Source: Phycisphaerae bacterium (GTDB lineage: Bacteria > Planctomycetota > Phycisphaerae > UBA1845 > Fen-1342). From it: a stretch of 64,000 bases of DNA. The stretch is from positions 64,001-128,000 of the forward strand of contig CAXXTC010000007.1 of the NCBI GenBank assembly GCA_963666925.2, written 5' to 3'. The first letter of the stretch is position 1. Each line of letters starts with the position of its first letter. The notes below the pieces were generated by a model that saw only the letters and a list, made by a program, of their open reading frames with translations, made no database searches and was not told the origin of the DNA. Shown piece by piece: positions 23,604 to 34,155 of the stretch. Both the position numbers and the translations under genes were made by a program.

Positions 23604-26600
23604 ATGTTCGAACCTTTGCCGAGCCGTTTTGACTTCCCGGAATCCGAAGAGGGAATCCTGCGATTCTGGGAGCAGAACCAGATTTTCGAGAAATCACTCG
23701 AGGCCCGCCGCGAGGCGCCGCGCTTCGTTTTCTACGAGGGCCCGCCGACCGCCAACGGTCTGCCCCACCCGGGCCACTGCCTCACCCGGGCCATCAAAGA
23801 CCTCTTCCCACGCTACCAGACCATGTGCGGCAAACTGGTCGAGCGCAAGGCCGGCTGGGATACCCACGGCCTGCCGGTCGAGGTCGAGGTGTGCAAAGAG
23901 CTTGGCATCCATACCAAGGAGGAGATCGAGCAGTTCGGCGTCGAGAAATTCGTCCGGCGGTGCATCGACTCGGTCTTCAAATACGTCCGCGAATGGGAGC
24001 AGATGACGCGGCGGCTGGGGTTCTGGGTGAACCTCGAAGAGGCCTACGTCACGTTTCACCAGAGCTATGTCGAGAGCGTCTGGTGGGGGCTGAAAACGCT
24101 GTTCGAACGCGAGTTGCTCTACCAGGGGCACAAGGTCGTCTGGTGGTGGGCGCAGGGCGGGACGGCCCTGTCAGCCGGCGAGGTCGGCGAAGGCTATCGG
24201 ACCGTCCAGGATCCGTCGGTGTATGTGAGATTTCCGCTGGTGAAAGAGTCGGCGCAGCGCGTGGCAGAGCAGATCGCCGGCGTCGAGGCCGACAAGCCGA
24301 TCAGCCTGCTGGTCTGGACCACCACGCCCTGGACGCTGATCAGCAACCACTTTGCGGCCGTTGGGCCGGACATCTCGTATGCGCTGGTGTACGACAAGGT
24401 GCTCGGTGAATACCTCTACATCGCCGAAGCGCTCGTCGACACGACCATGCAGAAGCTGAAGCATGAGTATGAGACTGTCGGCGTCTGCAAGGGTGAGGAC
24501 CTGGTTGACCTGCGTTATGTGCCGCCGTTTCCGGATGTGTATTGGAAGAAACTTGGCGAGCAGACGGCAGCACTGAAGGATGGTGGGGCCGAGCGGCTCG
24601 GCTGGCGCGTCACGCTGGCAGATTTTGTGACGTTGGAGAGTGGCACGGGGTTGGTGCACGAGGCCCCCGCCTATGGCGAGGTGGACTTTGATCTGCTCCA
24701 GACGGAGCGGAAGCGTTTCACTGACGAGCTGAACAGCATTCCGCTGATCAACGCGGTGGGGCCGGACGGGAAGTTTACCGACGAGGCGCCGGAGGAGTAT
24801 CGCGGGCGCTGGGTGAAGGATTGCGACAAGGACATCATCCGCGAGCTGAAAGAACGCGGCGTGTTGCTGCACCAGGAGACGATCGAGCACGAGTATCCCT
24901 TCTGCCCGCGGGCAGAGGAAGATCCGCTGATCCAGTATGCTCGGCGGAGCTGGTTCGTGCGGACCAGCCAGTTCAAGGACGAGTTCCTGAAGAACAACGC
25001 CGGCATTTATTGGCTGCCGGATCACATCCGCGAGGGGCGGTTCGGCGATTTTCTGCGGAACAATGTGGATTGGGCGCTGAGCCGCGAGCGGTTCTGGGGC
25101 ACGCCGCTGCCGATCTGGAAGTGCGATCGTTGCGGGCGGATGGAGGCGGTCGGCTCGTTGGCGGAGCTGAAGGCCAAGCCGGGTGCGTCGGACGCGACCG
25201 CCGAGTATCCGCAGGGCATGTGGGCGACCAGGAAGGGCGACGATCCGGAATTGCCGGATCATCTGATGGTGCACAAGCCGTATATCGACGCGTGGACATA
25301 CCCGGCATCGTGTTGCGATGGGGCGCGGATGGTGCGTGTGCCGGAGGTGATCGACTGTTGGTGGGACGCGGGCAGCATGCCATTCGCGCAGTTCGGGTTC
25401 CCGCATGTGCCCGGCAGTTGTGACCGCTTCGGCCTGAGATTCCCGGCCCATTTCATCAGCGAAGCGCTCGACCAGACGCGCGGCTGGTTCTACGGACTGC
25501 TGGCGATCAGCACGTTGCTGTTCGGTCGAGAGAATACGTCGATCGATGTTCCTGGGGGAAGTGGGGCGGGCGTCTCGCCCGCCGTCGATCGAGCACCGGA
25601 ATTCTCTCCCTTCGAGGTGCGCGACGCGCTACACATCCGTTATCGGCGCAGGCTTCCCCACTGGGAAGCCGGTGGTCGCACCTACTTCGTCACTTTCCGC
25701 ATCAAGTCCGGAGAGTTATCACCGACAGAGCGAACGCTCGTGTTGGAGGCATGCCGGCACTGGGACGAAGATCGCCTGCTGTTACACGCAGTGGTTGTGA
25801 TGCCTGACCACGTGCACCTGCTAGTTACTCCTTTAATGAAGTCGTCGGGAGAATGGTGGGCATTGTCCGAACTCATGCACGGCATCAAGTCGTTTTCGGC
25901 TCACGGTATCGCCGAATCCCGAGGTGAGACCGGCCCAGTTTGGCAGGACGACCGTTTCGACCACATCATCCGCAGCCAGGAAGAGTTTGAGGAGAAGGCG
26001 GATTACATCGCTGGCAATCCTCAGGCGCGCGCCCTCGGCGAGGATTACCAGTGGGTCTGGGTCGATGAAGAGGTCGGGGACGGCGGCAATGGCGGGCGAG
26101 ACGCCCGCCCCACTTCAATTGCGAGCGATTTTCCCCACCCCTACAAGGCCTGCATCGTTCTCGGCCTGATGATGGGCGAGGACGGGTTGAAGATGAGCAA
26201 GCGGAAGAAGAACTACCGCGAGCCGAGCGTACATCTTCGATGCAAGTACGGCGCCGATGCGATTGCGTTGGTTCTTCTTCAACGGGCAGACGCCGTGGAC
26301 TTCGGTGCGCTTCGAGGAGCAGAACATCCGCGACGCGCAGCGCGAGTTCCTCGTCCGGCTGTACAACGTCTTCAGCTTCTTCAACATCTACGCCCGAACA
26401 TCGACGGCTTCGTCGCGCATCCGCAGAACGGGTCGCCGATCGGCGGCCGACGGCGGAGCGGAACGAACTGGACCGCTGGATTATCAGCTGAGCTGCACCG
26501 CACGACGCAATTCGTCCGCGAGAAGCCTCGACCGGCTTCGAGAACTATCCCGGCCGCCGGGCGACTGAACGAATTCGTCGACGCGCTGTCGCAACTGGTA

Positions 26601-27679
26601 CGTCCGCCGGAGCCGCGATCGGTTCTGGAAGAGTGCGCCAAGGATCAGCCGACAAGTGGGACGCGTACCACACGCTCTTCGAGCGTGCTCGTCACGCTGA
26701 GCAAGCTGATCGCGCCGTTCACGCCGTTCTTCGCGGAGACGATGTACCAGAACCTGGTCGCGAAGCTGCCGGGTGTTGATACACAGCAGCGACCGACGAG
26801 CGGCGCCGACCACGCGCCGTACAAGGTTGCCGGCGACAGCAACTCGGCGGCGTCGAATCCCAACTGGGCATCGCAGTCGGTGCATTTGTGCGAATATCCG
26901 TCCGTCGACAGCGAACTCATTGATGAGAGCCTGGCGCAGGAGATGGAGCTTGTGCGGCAGGTGGTGTCGCTGGGGCGGTCGGCGCGGACGTCGGCGAAGC
27001 TGAAGGTGCGTCAGCCGCTGGCGCTGGTTGAGATCATCCTGGCCCGCCAGGATCACGCGGCCTGGCTGGAGGCGCACAGCGAGTTGATCGCCGAAGAGCT
27101 GAATATCAAGCAGGTTGAGTTCACGACCGAGGCGGACCATTACGTGACCTATCAGCTCAAGCCCGAGTTCAAGGCGTTGGGTCCGAAATTCGGCAAGCTG
27201 GCGCCCCAGGTGGCGGCGGCCGTGCAGAAGCTGGATGCGGCCGAGGCCCGGGCAGCGCTGGATGCGACCGGCGAGGTGATCGTCGAGGTCGAGGGTCAGC
27301 CGACCCGGCTCAGCGATCAGGAGGTGCAAGTTCGGCTGGAGGCTCGGCCGGGGTGGTCGGCGGCCCAGGGGCGGGCCGGCGTGGTCGTCGTCAAAACCGA
27401 GCTGACGCCCGAGCTGGCGGCCGAGGGCCTCATCCGCGAACTGATCCACCACGTTCAGGGGTTGCGGAAACAAGCCGAATTGCCCTACGAGGCCCGTATA
27501 GTCCTGCACGTGGACACCGATCCAGAGTTGCAGGCGGTGGTTGAGCGGTTTGCGGACACGATCAGGCGTGAATGCCTGGCGGACGAGATCCGGCTCGCGC
27601 CGTCGGCGGCCGGGGGTAGCGCAGGAAGTGAAGGTCGAAAAAACACGCGGCTCGGCTGGCGATCGCGACGCAGGCGTGA
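23604..27679 (+). CDS. ileS: Isoleucine--tRNA ligase (type 2) with in-frame RAYT insertion; local compensating frameshifts at about 26225-26700 and about 27610
   Basis: FYEGPPTANGLPHPGH, GWDTHGLPVE, WTTTPWTL, DWALSRERFWGTPLP, DQTRGWFY, KMSKR and KVRQPL motifs. The segment LRWFFF...LYNVFSFF is displaced to another frame. The true stop is probably TGA 27677-27679 (ORF track: 27695). Confidence 0.93.
25561..25583 (+). repeat. REP family A: GTGG-GGCGGGCG-TCT-CGCCCGCC
   Basis: GTGG tetranucleotide plus an 8-bp stem; identical copies at 34013, 36059 and 63083. Confidence 0.9.
26091..26113 (-). repeat. REP family A, inverted copy
   Basis: Exact reverse complement of 25561-25583. Confidence 0.9.
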
Positions 27680-27725
27680 CGACGTGCTAGAATAGAAGAA
27701 TAGAGTTGTTTACTGGAATCGTGGT

Positions 27726-27771
27726 GTGGCACCGGCCATTGGCCGATGCACGGGCTATTAGCCCGTGCCAC
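27726..27771. repeat. REP family B inverted doublet (GTGGCAC...)
   Basis: GTGGCACCGGCCATTGGCCGATG followed by the reverse complement of GTGGCACGGGCTAATAGCCCGTG. Confidence 0.75.
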
Positions 27772-27910
27772 ACTGCTTGGTCCGTGCGCGGGCCCGGTAC
27801 TGTGGAAAAATCTGTTGATAACTGCACTGAAACTCACTGAGTGGTGGCCAAACGCTCACAATCGTGGTTCATAATCCCTTTCGTGAGCTGGTGTTTATAG
27901 AGAGTTGGCT

Positions 27911-28855
27911 ATGTCACTGCTCGATTCTGAGATAGATCTTCAGCCACCTTCGGGCATGGATTGGACGGGGTCGCGCGGGGTCAAGATTGACATGCATTGT
28001 CACTCGACCTACTCGCTTGAGACGCTCAGCCTGCTGCCGACGTTGTCGTGGAACCCCGTGCTGACGCCGGGCGAGTTGTACGACCTCGCCAAGGCCCGCG
28101 GGATGGACTATGTCACGATAACTGATCACGACACTATCGACGGGTGTAAGGCGCTGGTTGACGAGCGGGGCGACTTGCCCGACTTCTTCTTCGGCGAGGA
28201 AGTGTCGGCCGCGCTGCCTGACAACGGCACCGTCGTGCACGTCAACGTGTTCGATATCAACGAGGAGCAGCACGCGGAAGTCCGCCGCCTGCGCTCAAAC
28301 CTGTTCGAGATGGTCGATTACCTGCGCCGGCTGGGCAAGGTTTGCTCGATCAATCACCTGACCTGGACCGAGCAGCATCGTGTGCTGACCTCAGCGCAGA
28401 TCGACGCGATTCTCCATGCGTTTGACGTCTTCGAAGGGATCAACGGCACACGCAGCTATGCCCACAACGCGTTCGTGTGGCAAGCGACTCGCGGGTGGGG
28501 CAAGACGCTCATCGCCGGCAGCGATACACACACCGATCGCGTCGGCTCAACCTATACGCTGACCAAGGGGCGCAATCGGCAGGAAGTGCTCGAAAACATC
28601 CGCGCCGGCCTGGCTACGCCGCACGGAGCTTTCGGCACGCCCGAGAAGCTGCGCGACGACGTTTGGGCGGTGTTGCAGTGCAACATCGAGCGGCGGATGG
28701 CCGAAGCCACCGGCCATTGGGAGCGGCTCGTGTGCCGAACACTTCGGCGGATCGGCAAAACGCTCCATCCGCTCGTCCTGCTGGGCTATCACAAGCACCA
28801 GGATGTGCTGATTCGGGGGTTCGTCCGTTCGCTGCCCACGCTGACGACTGCGTAA
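27911..28855 (+). CDS. PHP-domain metal-dependent phosphoesterase
   Basis: DMHCHS, ITDHDT, GEE, NH and GSDTH motifs. Confidence 0.88.
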   Translation: MSLLDSEIDLQPPSGMDWTGSRGVKIDMHCHSTYSLETLSLLPTLSWNPVLTPGELYDLAKARGMDYVTITDHDTIDGCKALVDERGDLPDFFFGEEVSAALPDNGTVVHVNVFDINEEQHAEVRRLRSNLFEMVDYLRRLGKVCSINHLTWTEQHRVLTSAQIDAILHAFDVFEGINGTRSYAHNAFVWQATRGWGKTLIAGSDTHTDRVGSTYTLTKGRNRQEVLENIRAGLATPHGAFGTPEKLRDDVWAVLQCNIERRMAEATGHWERLVCRTLRRIGKTLHPLVLLGYHKHQDVLIRGFVRSLPTLTTA

Positions 28856-28922
28856 GGCAAGCCGTTATACGGGCTGGTGGTCCACGGAACGGGTGGGATG
28901 GGGTTACCCCCGTGCTGAAACT

Positions 28923-29618
28923 TCATTGGTGGTCTATTAGTGCGTGGCTGACGACGTGTCCGAAGCGTTCGCGTCCGGTGGGGGGGCTGAGCCGGAGTTC
29001 CTTCCCTTGCAGCAGCCGGCAAACGTTTTCGCGGTGCCGGAGAATTATGACCAGTCCGAGCAACGTCGCCACGGTTTGCAGCGGCCAGTGATTGGCCAGG
29101 CTGAGATGGTTCAGCTTGAGGTAGGTCATCAGGGCCAGGGGGAACGCCAGTGCCAGTGCCAGCGAGCCGACAGAGACGAGGCCGGTGGTTTTGCGCACGA
29201 GGCCGTAGATCAGCAGGGCGGCCACCATCGCGATGGTGAAGTGTGGCCAGATGCCCAACGCGACGCCGATGGTCGTCGCCACGCCCTTCCCGCCGCGAAA
29301 ACGGAGATAGACAGGGAAGATATGCCCCAGGACGGCTGCGACGGCGACCGCCAGGATGGCGAGTTGGTGGCGCGGGTCGGCGGCCGACCCGGTCAAGAGC
29401 AGTGACGCGACCAGGGCCGGGATGAGCCCCTTGAGGATATCCAGCGCGAGGCAGAAGTAGCCCTACTTGCGTCCGACGACGCGTCCGACGTTCGTGGCGC
29501 CGATGTTGCGGCTGCCGGCCGTGCGGATGTCGACGCCGTGCGCCCGGCCGATGAGCAATCCGAACGGAATGGCACCGACCAGGTAGGCGATTAGCACCAG
29601 CGCGACAGTTTGTAGCAA
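28923..29618 (-). CDS. plsY: Glycerol-3-phosphate acyltransferase PlsY, interrupted by in-frame TAG at 29463-29465
   Basis: [10 protein letters not shown] and [12 protein letters not shown], then the stop, then in the same frame [24 protein letters not shown] and RHRENV. Confidence 0.88.
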
Positions 29619-29657
29619 GCGGCAATCCTCCGGCACACGTTCGAGACCCGCGTGAAT

Positions 29658-29680
29658 CACCAGTTGCAAACCGGTGCCAC
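29658..29680 (-). repeat. REP family B copy
   Basis: Reverse complement reads GTGGCACCGGTTTGCAACTGGTG; compare 54083-54105. Confidence 0.7.
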
Positions 29681-29699
29681 AATGATTCTGAGGCAGCTT

Positions 29700-29918
29700 T
29701 TACTCGTTCTCGCGGACCACCCGCAACCAGCGCGGGCGCATTTCATCCCGCAGATGCTCGGTCATGCGCAGGCCCATGCCGCGGGTCTGGTGGCGGAAGA
29801 CGTGCTTTTCGACGTCGGTCGGCGTTGCGGGCCGCGGCCGGCGACGCTCCGCCAGCCACGTGGCCAGCCACCACGCCCGCCGCCACAACACCAGACGCCA
29901 ACCCGGCGGCCGGCTCAC
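29700..29918 (-). CDS. Small basic hypothetical protein
   Basis: GTG start overlaps the upstream stop (GTGA), suggesting translational coupling. Confidence 0.55.
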   Translation of the reverse strand: MSRPPGWRLVLWRRAWWLATWLAERRRPRPATPTDVEKHVFRHQTRGMGLRMTEHLRDEMRPRWLRVVRENE

Positions 29919-30508
29919 CGTTGTACGGCCCGGCGGACGCTCCGCAGCACCTCTTCCGCGCCACGCGATTGAATCGAATCGCTGCTCCATACCTGTTGTC
30001 GCTCGAGCAGTTCGTGGGTTTCGCCGTAATAATTCGACACGTGGCTGATGCCACCCTCGACCAGGTCACCGCCGGCATATTTCACATCCAGCAGCCAGCG
30101 TGCCATGTCGTCGTCGTGTTCCGCAGGGTAGATCAGCGCCACGACGTACCGCGCCCGGTCGACCTCCGGCCCGCGATCGGCCAGGTGGACAAAGGCTCGC
30201 GTCGGCGGGGGGGTGGCCTCGCTGGCACGCACCAGGTCGGCGAAGTCCGTCCGGGCGGCGTCCAGCTCATTGCGATTGAAAAACATCCCCGATTCGAGCT
30301 GGAACCGCTCGCGCGAGATGCCACGTAGCTCCATCTGCCCGTCCGGGCTGACGCGTTCGATGCGATAAACCTGCCCCTGGGTGTACTCCTCGCTCTCCAG
30401 CAAAACGGCGATCTCGCTCGCCGTATAGCCGACGGCGGTCCATTCGCCGAAATCGTATACGTACAGGCCGGCATAGCGTCCCGGCTGTTCGACGGCAGGC
30501 AGTTTCAT
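29915..30508 (-). CDS. Hypothetical protein
   Basis: MKLPAVEQPGRYAGLYVYDFGE...; GAGGA SD and protein-like composition. Confidence 0.7.
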   Translation of the reverse strand: MKLPAVEQPGRYAGLYVYDFGEWTAVGYTASEIAVLLESEEYTQGQVYRIERVSPDGQMELRGISRERFQLESGMFFNRNELDAARTDFADLVRASEATPPPTRAFVHLADRGPEVDRARYVVALIYPAEHDDDMARWLLDVKYAGGDLVEGGISHVSNYYGETHELLERQQVWSSDSIQSRGAEEVLRSVRRAVQR

Positions 30509-30640
30509 CACACGTCCTCGCGGCCAACAACTCCGCAACTTCACTACGCGAAATTATATCGCCCCACCCCACCCCCGACGACCGCCCGCGGCCAGCCGGC
30601 TGTTAGCCCAGTTTGGGGTAGCGTAGCGAACGGTCCCCGG

Positions 30641-31267
30641 TCACCAATCTGCGGGCTTGTTGATCTGACCACCGCAGCCGTCCGGTACGCTCGTCGGGAA
30701 CTGGGCGCGTGCCAGTAGTCCGAGTGGGAGACTCCGGTTCTGGTCTGCGGCGGCTCGCAGCTCGACAGCCGCGCCGCGAGTCCTATTGCGGGTGGGTACA
30801 TAGACGATGACTCGTTTGTCTGGGAAGCGCGTTTTTACCGTGTCAACCGCTGGCACCAGGTCGGAATCGCCGCTGACCAGCACCAGCAGGTCACACTCAT
30901 CACAGTAGGCGTCATCGAGCATTTGAATGCCGATGTTAACGTCGGTACGCTTCTCCTCTTGACTCACAAACGTGCGGCTGCCTTTGTACGTACACGCCTT
31001 GACATTGCAGCGAACTTTCTTTCGTTTGAACTGTTCAAGCACGGTTTCAACCAGCGGGCGCTGTGCGAGTGCACGAAGATACGCTTGCTGGTTTGGACTT
31101 CGCGGGCCGTCGATGAGCGCTGTGAAGTAGTAGATGCGCCTGATGTCGTCGTCCTTGCGCAGCAACGTGAAGTAACGCTCAAGGTCCAACCACTTGCGCG
31201 GACCACCACGGAGAGCGCCGTAGTCGAGGTTGAAGCCGTCAACGTAGACCACAGCGCGTCGCTGCAT
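30641..31267 (-). CDS. NYN-domain (LabA/DUF88, PIN-fold) nuclease
   Basis: YVDGFNL, EEKRTDV and LVSGDSDLVP motifs; lower GC than the flanks. Confidence 0.9.
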   Translation of the reverse strand: MQRRAVVYVDGFNLDYGALRGGPRKWLDLERYFTLLRKDDDIRRIYYFTALIDGPRSPNQQAYLRALAQRPLVETVLEQFKRKKVRCNVKACTYKGSRTFVSQEEKRTDVNIGIQMLDDAYCDECDLLVLVSGDSDLVPAVDTVKTRFPDKRVIVYVPTRNRTRGAAVELRAAADQNRSLPLGLLARAQFPTSVPDGCGGQINKPADW

Positions 31268-31495
31268 CCTGGAACCCCTGCGGCAAAAAAACAGGCGGTC
31301 ATATAGACCGCCCAACCGGCATGTAGCCGGGGAGTTGTATTGGAAGTACGCCTCACATTGCTGCGTAAGTCAAGTGCCAGCGATGTGCGCCACATCCGAT
31401 AGCTTTCGAGTCCTCAGGCCCGCTGGCGCAACTGCGTACGAATGGTGGGATTATCGGTCCTTGTTCCGGTGTATCTCGGCTAAAACCGGGCTCGC

Positions 31496-32953
31496 TCACG
31501 ACAGCACGATCGGCTCGATTCCGAGCAGGTCGCACGCGGCTACCAGGGCGCCGGTGTGGTCGCCGATGATCGCGTGGATGTGGTTGCTGCTGTAGTTGTC
31601 ACGCAGCGTCGCCAGCGGCATATCGAACCGCGCGAACGCGTGCGGCCATTCATACGTCGTCTGTTTGGCCAGACGCTCCTCCTGCGCCCGCGACAGCTTC
31701 GCGAACGAGCCGGTGAAAATGTGCATCACGAATCGGCCCTGCCGGCGCACGATGCGCCCGAACGTGACCCGCGGCGCCGGGGCCGCGTAAAACTGCACGC
31801 TCCCGCCGCCAGCACGGAAATAGAACTCCGACGCCGGCCGAATGTGACACTCGCGCCAGTTCCGCCGAAAATCGCGCGACCGTTTCGCGAACCACGGCGC
31901 GTGCTGCCCGGAATTGACCAGGTCGTACAGGTCTTCCTTCTCGTGATAGTGGCGCAAGTCCGCGAACAACACCGGCGTGCCCGTGAGCTGATGCATGATC
32001 TGCATCGTCAGCGCCCCGTTGCTGTCGCATTCGGTCGCACAAATCAGCGGCGTCTTCTCCCCCTCCCAATCAGCGACATCATTCAGCAGCGCTTCGGCCA
32101 CATCCGGGATGCACAGGTCCGGCCATTCGGTCAGGTCGAGTTGGCCGCTCAGACCACAGAAGTCGATCCCCTCCAGCTTGCAGAAATCCTTCATAGCCAG
32201 GTACAGCCGCACCTGGCGAGCCAGCGTCCCGTCCGGCCCCGGCGTCAGCTTCTTCTTATCCCAGTGGATTTCGCCGGCATATTTCTCCAGCCACTTCAAA
32301 CCCGCCTCGACGCGTTCGTTCGCGATCCTGCGAGCCAGCTCCCACAGGTGCAGTTGCCCGCGGTGATACACGTGCACGCCGAACTGCTCCATCCACTGCG
32401 ACGGATCGACATGCCCGGTGTACATGCCCATCGACGGCCCGTCGAATTCGCCGTAGCGCTGGCCATATAGCCGAGCGGCGGCACGTTCGCCGCGTGCCCG
32501 CTGATCAGGATCGTGCAGGTGCAGAAATTGTTCGACCTCTTTCTGGACGCTGGCCTTGCGGATATCGCCCAGCACCCGTCCGAATGGCCGGCCGATCTCG
32601 TCCAGCGTGCCGGCCGACGCGAAGAACGCGACCCAGCCGGGCTGAGCCGGCACGATGTTCCCGATCTGGAGGATGGGGACCTCGGGGATCAGGTTGGCGA
32701 CCTGGGCGGTCAGATCGGGAAACGACCAGACGCAGAAGTTGAACACGACCACGTCGGGATAGGCCAGCGCGATCCGCTGGGCCTCCTTGCGGGCGGTTTC
32801 GTAGTTCCAGACGATTTTTCGGGCCGCGACGACGTCGTGCTTGCGGCGTTTGAAATAGCTCGCCAGCCGCTCCTGGAACATCCGGCAATCCTGCTCGGTG
32901 GCCTTGGCCACGCGGGCCCGTCCGTCGGTGAAAGTGACGATCCCGATCTTCAT
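31496..32953 (-). CDS. L-fucose/L-arabinose isomerase-family protein
   Basis: CATECDSNGALTMQI, FADLRH, NSG, WPHAF and SNHIH motifs. Confidence 0.85.
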   Translation of the reverse strand: MKIGIVTFTDGRARVAKATEQDCRMFQERLASYFKRRKHDVVAARKIVWNYETARKEAQRIALAYPDVVVFNFCVWSFPDLTAQVANLIPEVPILQIGNIVPAQPGWVAFFASAGTLDEIGRPFGRVLGDIRKASVQKEVEQFLHLHDPDQRARGERAAARLYGQRYGEFDGPSMGMYTGHVDPSQWMEQFGVHVYHRGQLHLWELARRIANERVEAGLKWLEKYAGEIHWDKKKLTPGPDGTLARQVRLYLAMKDFCKLEGIDFCGLSGQLDLTEWPDLCIPDVAEALLNDVADWEGEKTPLICATECDSNGALTMQIMHQLTGTPVLFADLRHYHEKEDLYDLVNSGQHAPWFAKRSRDFRRNWRECHIRPASEFYFRAGGGSVQFYAAPAPRVTFGRIVRRQGRFVMHIFTGSFAKLSRAQEERLAKQTTYEWPHAFARFDMPLATLRDNYSSNHIHAIIGDHTGALVAACDLLGIEPIVLS

Positions 32954-33177
32954 CTGACGCTCCTGGCCGAGGGGCGCGAAGTATGTCAATCGTGCTGCGA
33001 CCGCGCCTGTCGCTGGTCGTATTAGGGCTCACACCGGTCGGTTTCGCAAGCATGGCGGGCTCGGAGTATGCCCCGCGGTGGTGGCTCGCCTGCCAAAAAC
33101 CCGGTTGAGCTTGTCGCCCGGTGTTCTACAATCGGCATTTGTTGATTCGGGGTTGGGCATAGCGAGGAGAGCCGACG

Positions 33178-33981
33178 GTGGCAGCGCGCAAGAAACGTCC
33201 CGTGCTGTACGAGGTGGTCAACCGGAGCCGGCGCCGCCGGACGCGCCCGGCCAGCCGCCCCGTTGACCAGTCCCCGCCGGCAACGGTTGATGTGGCCGAG
33301 CCACTTTCGGACCCGCCTGACTCCGCCCCGGCCACTTCGGCCGAGCAGCCCGCCGACGCCGCGTTCATGCAGATCATCGATGGCCGCGTGTACCTCACGC
33401 TGGGGTGGTGGCATATCGTTGCCGCCGGCGCGATTCTGATTGCCGTCGGCGTCGGTCTGTTCCAGGCCGGCCTGCGCAGCGCCACGCCGCCGACGTCCGA
33501 TACTGCGGAGGAAGCCTTCCTCGACGAGGGCTACGAAGCCACCCCGGCTGCTGCCGATTCAACTGCGGTCGTGGATCCTAATCAGCGGGCCGGCTCCGGC
33601 GCGATCGTCACGCCCACGCCCCAGCCCCCGGCCCGATCAGCCGAGCCAGTCCGGCCGGCGCTACGCGCCGACACGCACGCGGACACATCCGCACTCCCCT
33701 CGATCGATTCGCTCGCCGGCGGCGATTACCGCGTCGTCATCCAGTATTTCCGCTCGCGCGATCTCGACGTAGCCCGCAAGGCCCGCAATTTCCTCCGCAG
33801 CAACGGCGTATCCTGCGAGGTGTTTGCCGGCCATGGCGACTACATGCTCATCGCCAATGACACGTTTGCCAGCGACTCGGCCGCCCGCGGCCTCGTGCGA
33901 CGCATCCGCGAGTTGGGCGATGAGTATCTCCGTGGCGGCGGCGGCTACGACTTCGGCGGCGCTGAGCCCCGCCGCTTCTAG
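33178..33981 (+). CDS. Single-pass membrane protein with Pro/Ala linker and SPOR-like C-terminus
   Basis: One TM helix, a low-complexity linker, and a C-terminal alpha/beta domain. Confidence 0.6.
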   Translation: MAARKKRPVLYEVVNRSRRRRTRPASRPVDQSPPATVDVAEPLSDPPDSAPATSAEQPADAAFMQIIDGRVYLTLGWWHIVAAGAILIAVGVGLFQAGLRSATPPTSDTAEEAFLDEGYEATPAAADSTAVVDPNQRAGSGAIVTPTPQPPARSAEPVRPALRADTHADTSALPSIDSLAGGDYRVVIQYFRSRDLDVARKARNFLRSNGVSCEVFAGHGDYMLIANDTFASDSAARGLVRRIRELGDEYLRGGGGYDFGGAEPRRF

Positions 33982-34012
33982 CGTAGTTTCTCATGCGGTC
34001 AGCATATGAGAG

Positions 34013-34082
34013 GTGGGGCGGGCGTCTCGCCCGCCGTTTTCATGCGGCAATCGAAGCATGGCGGGCGGGATGCCCGCTCCAC
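34013..34082. repeat. REP family A inverted doublet (REPIN-like)
   Basis: Perfect copy at 34013-34035 and an inverted copy with 3 mismatches at 34060-34082. Confidence 0.85.
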
Positions 34083-34155
34083 TTGTGATGTGGGATCGAT
34101 GAGAAGGTACACTTATTGACGTTTCAAACGTACTCCGGGCCGAGGGTCACACACC

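Larger units (their letters stand above)
25558..26116 (+). mobile_element. REP-flanked RAYT (TnpA-REP, IS200/Y1 HUH) cassette inside ileS
   Basis: RRRLPHW, YFVTF, VVMPDHVHLL (HUH 25809-25817), WQDDRFDHIIR and DYIAGNP (Tyr 26004-26006). Flanked by a perfect 26-bp inverted repeat at 25558-25583 and 26091-26116. Confidence 0.9.

Noticed and set aside
25527..26135. Intein or self-splicing intron as the explanation of the ileS insert
   Set aside because: No C/S-start and HN-C/S/T end motifs, no HINT-like sequence and no group I/II intron signatures. The insert is a Y1 HUH domain between REPs.
26225..26700. Programmed frameshifting or a novel domain in ileS
   Set aside because: The conserved IleRS sequence continues across alternate frames with several small indels, which is typical of a low-quality consensus.
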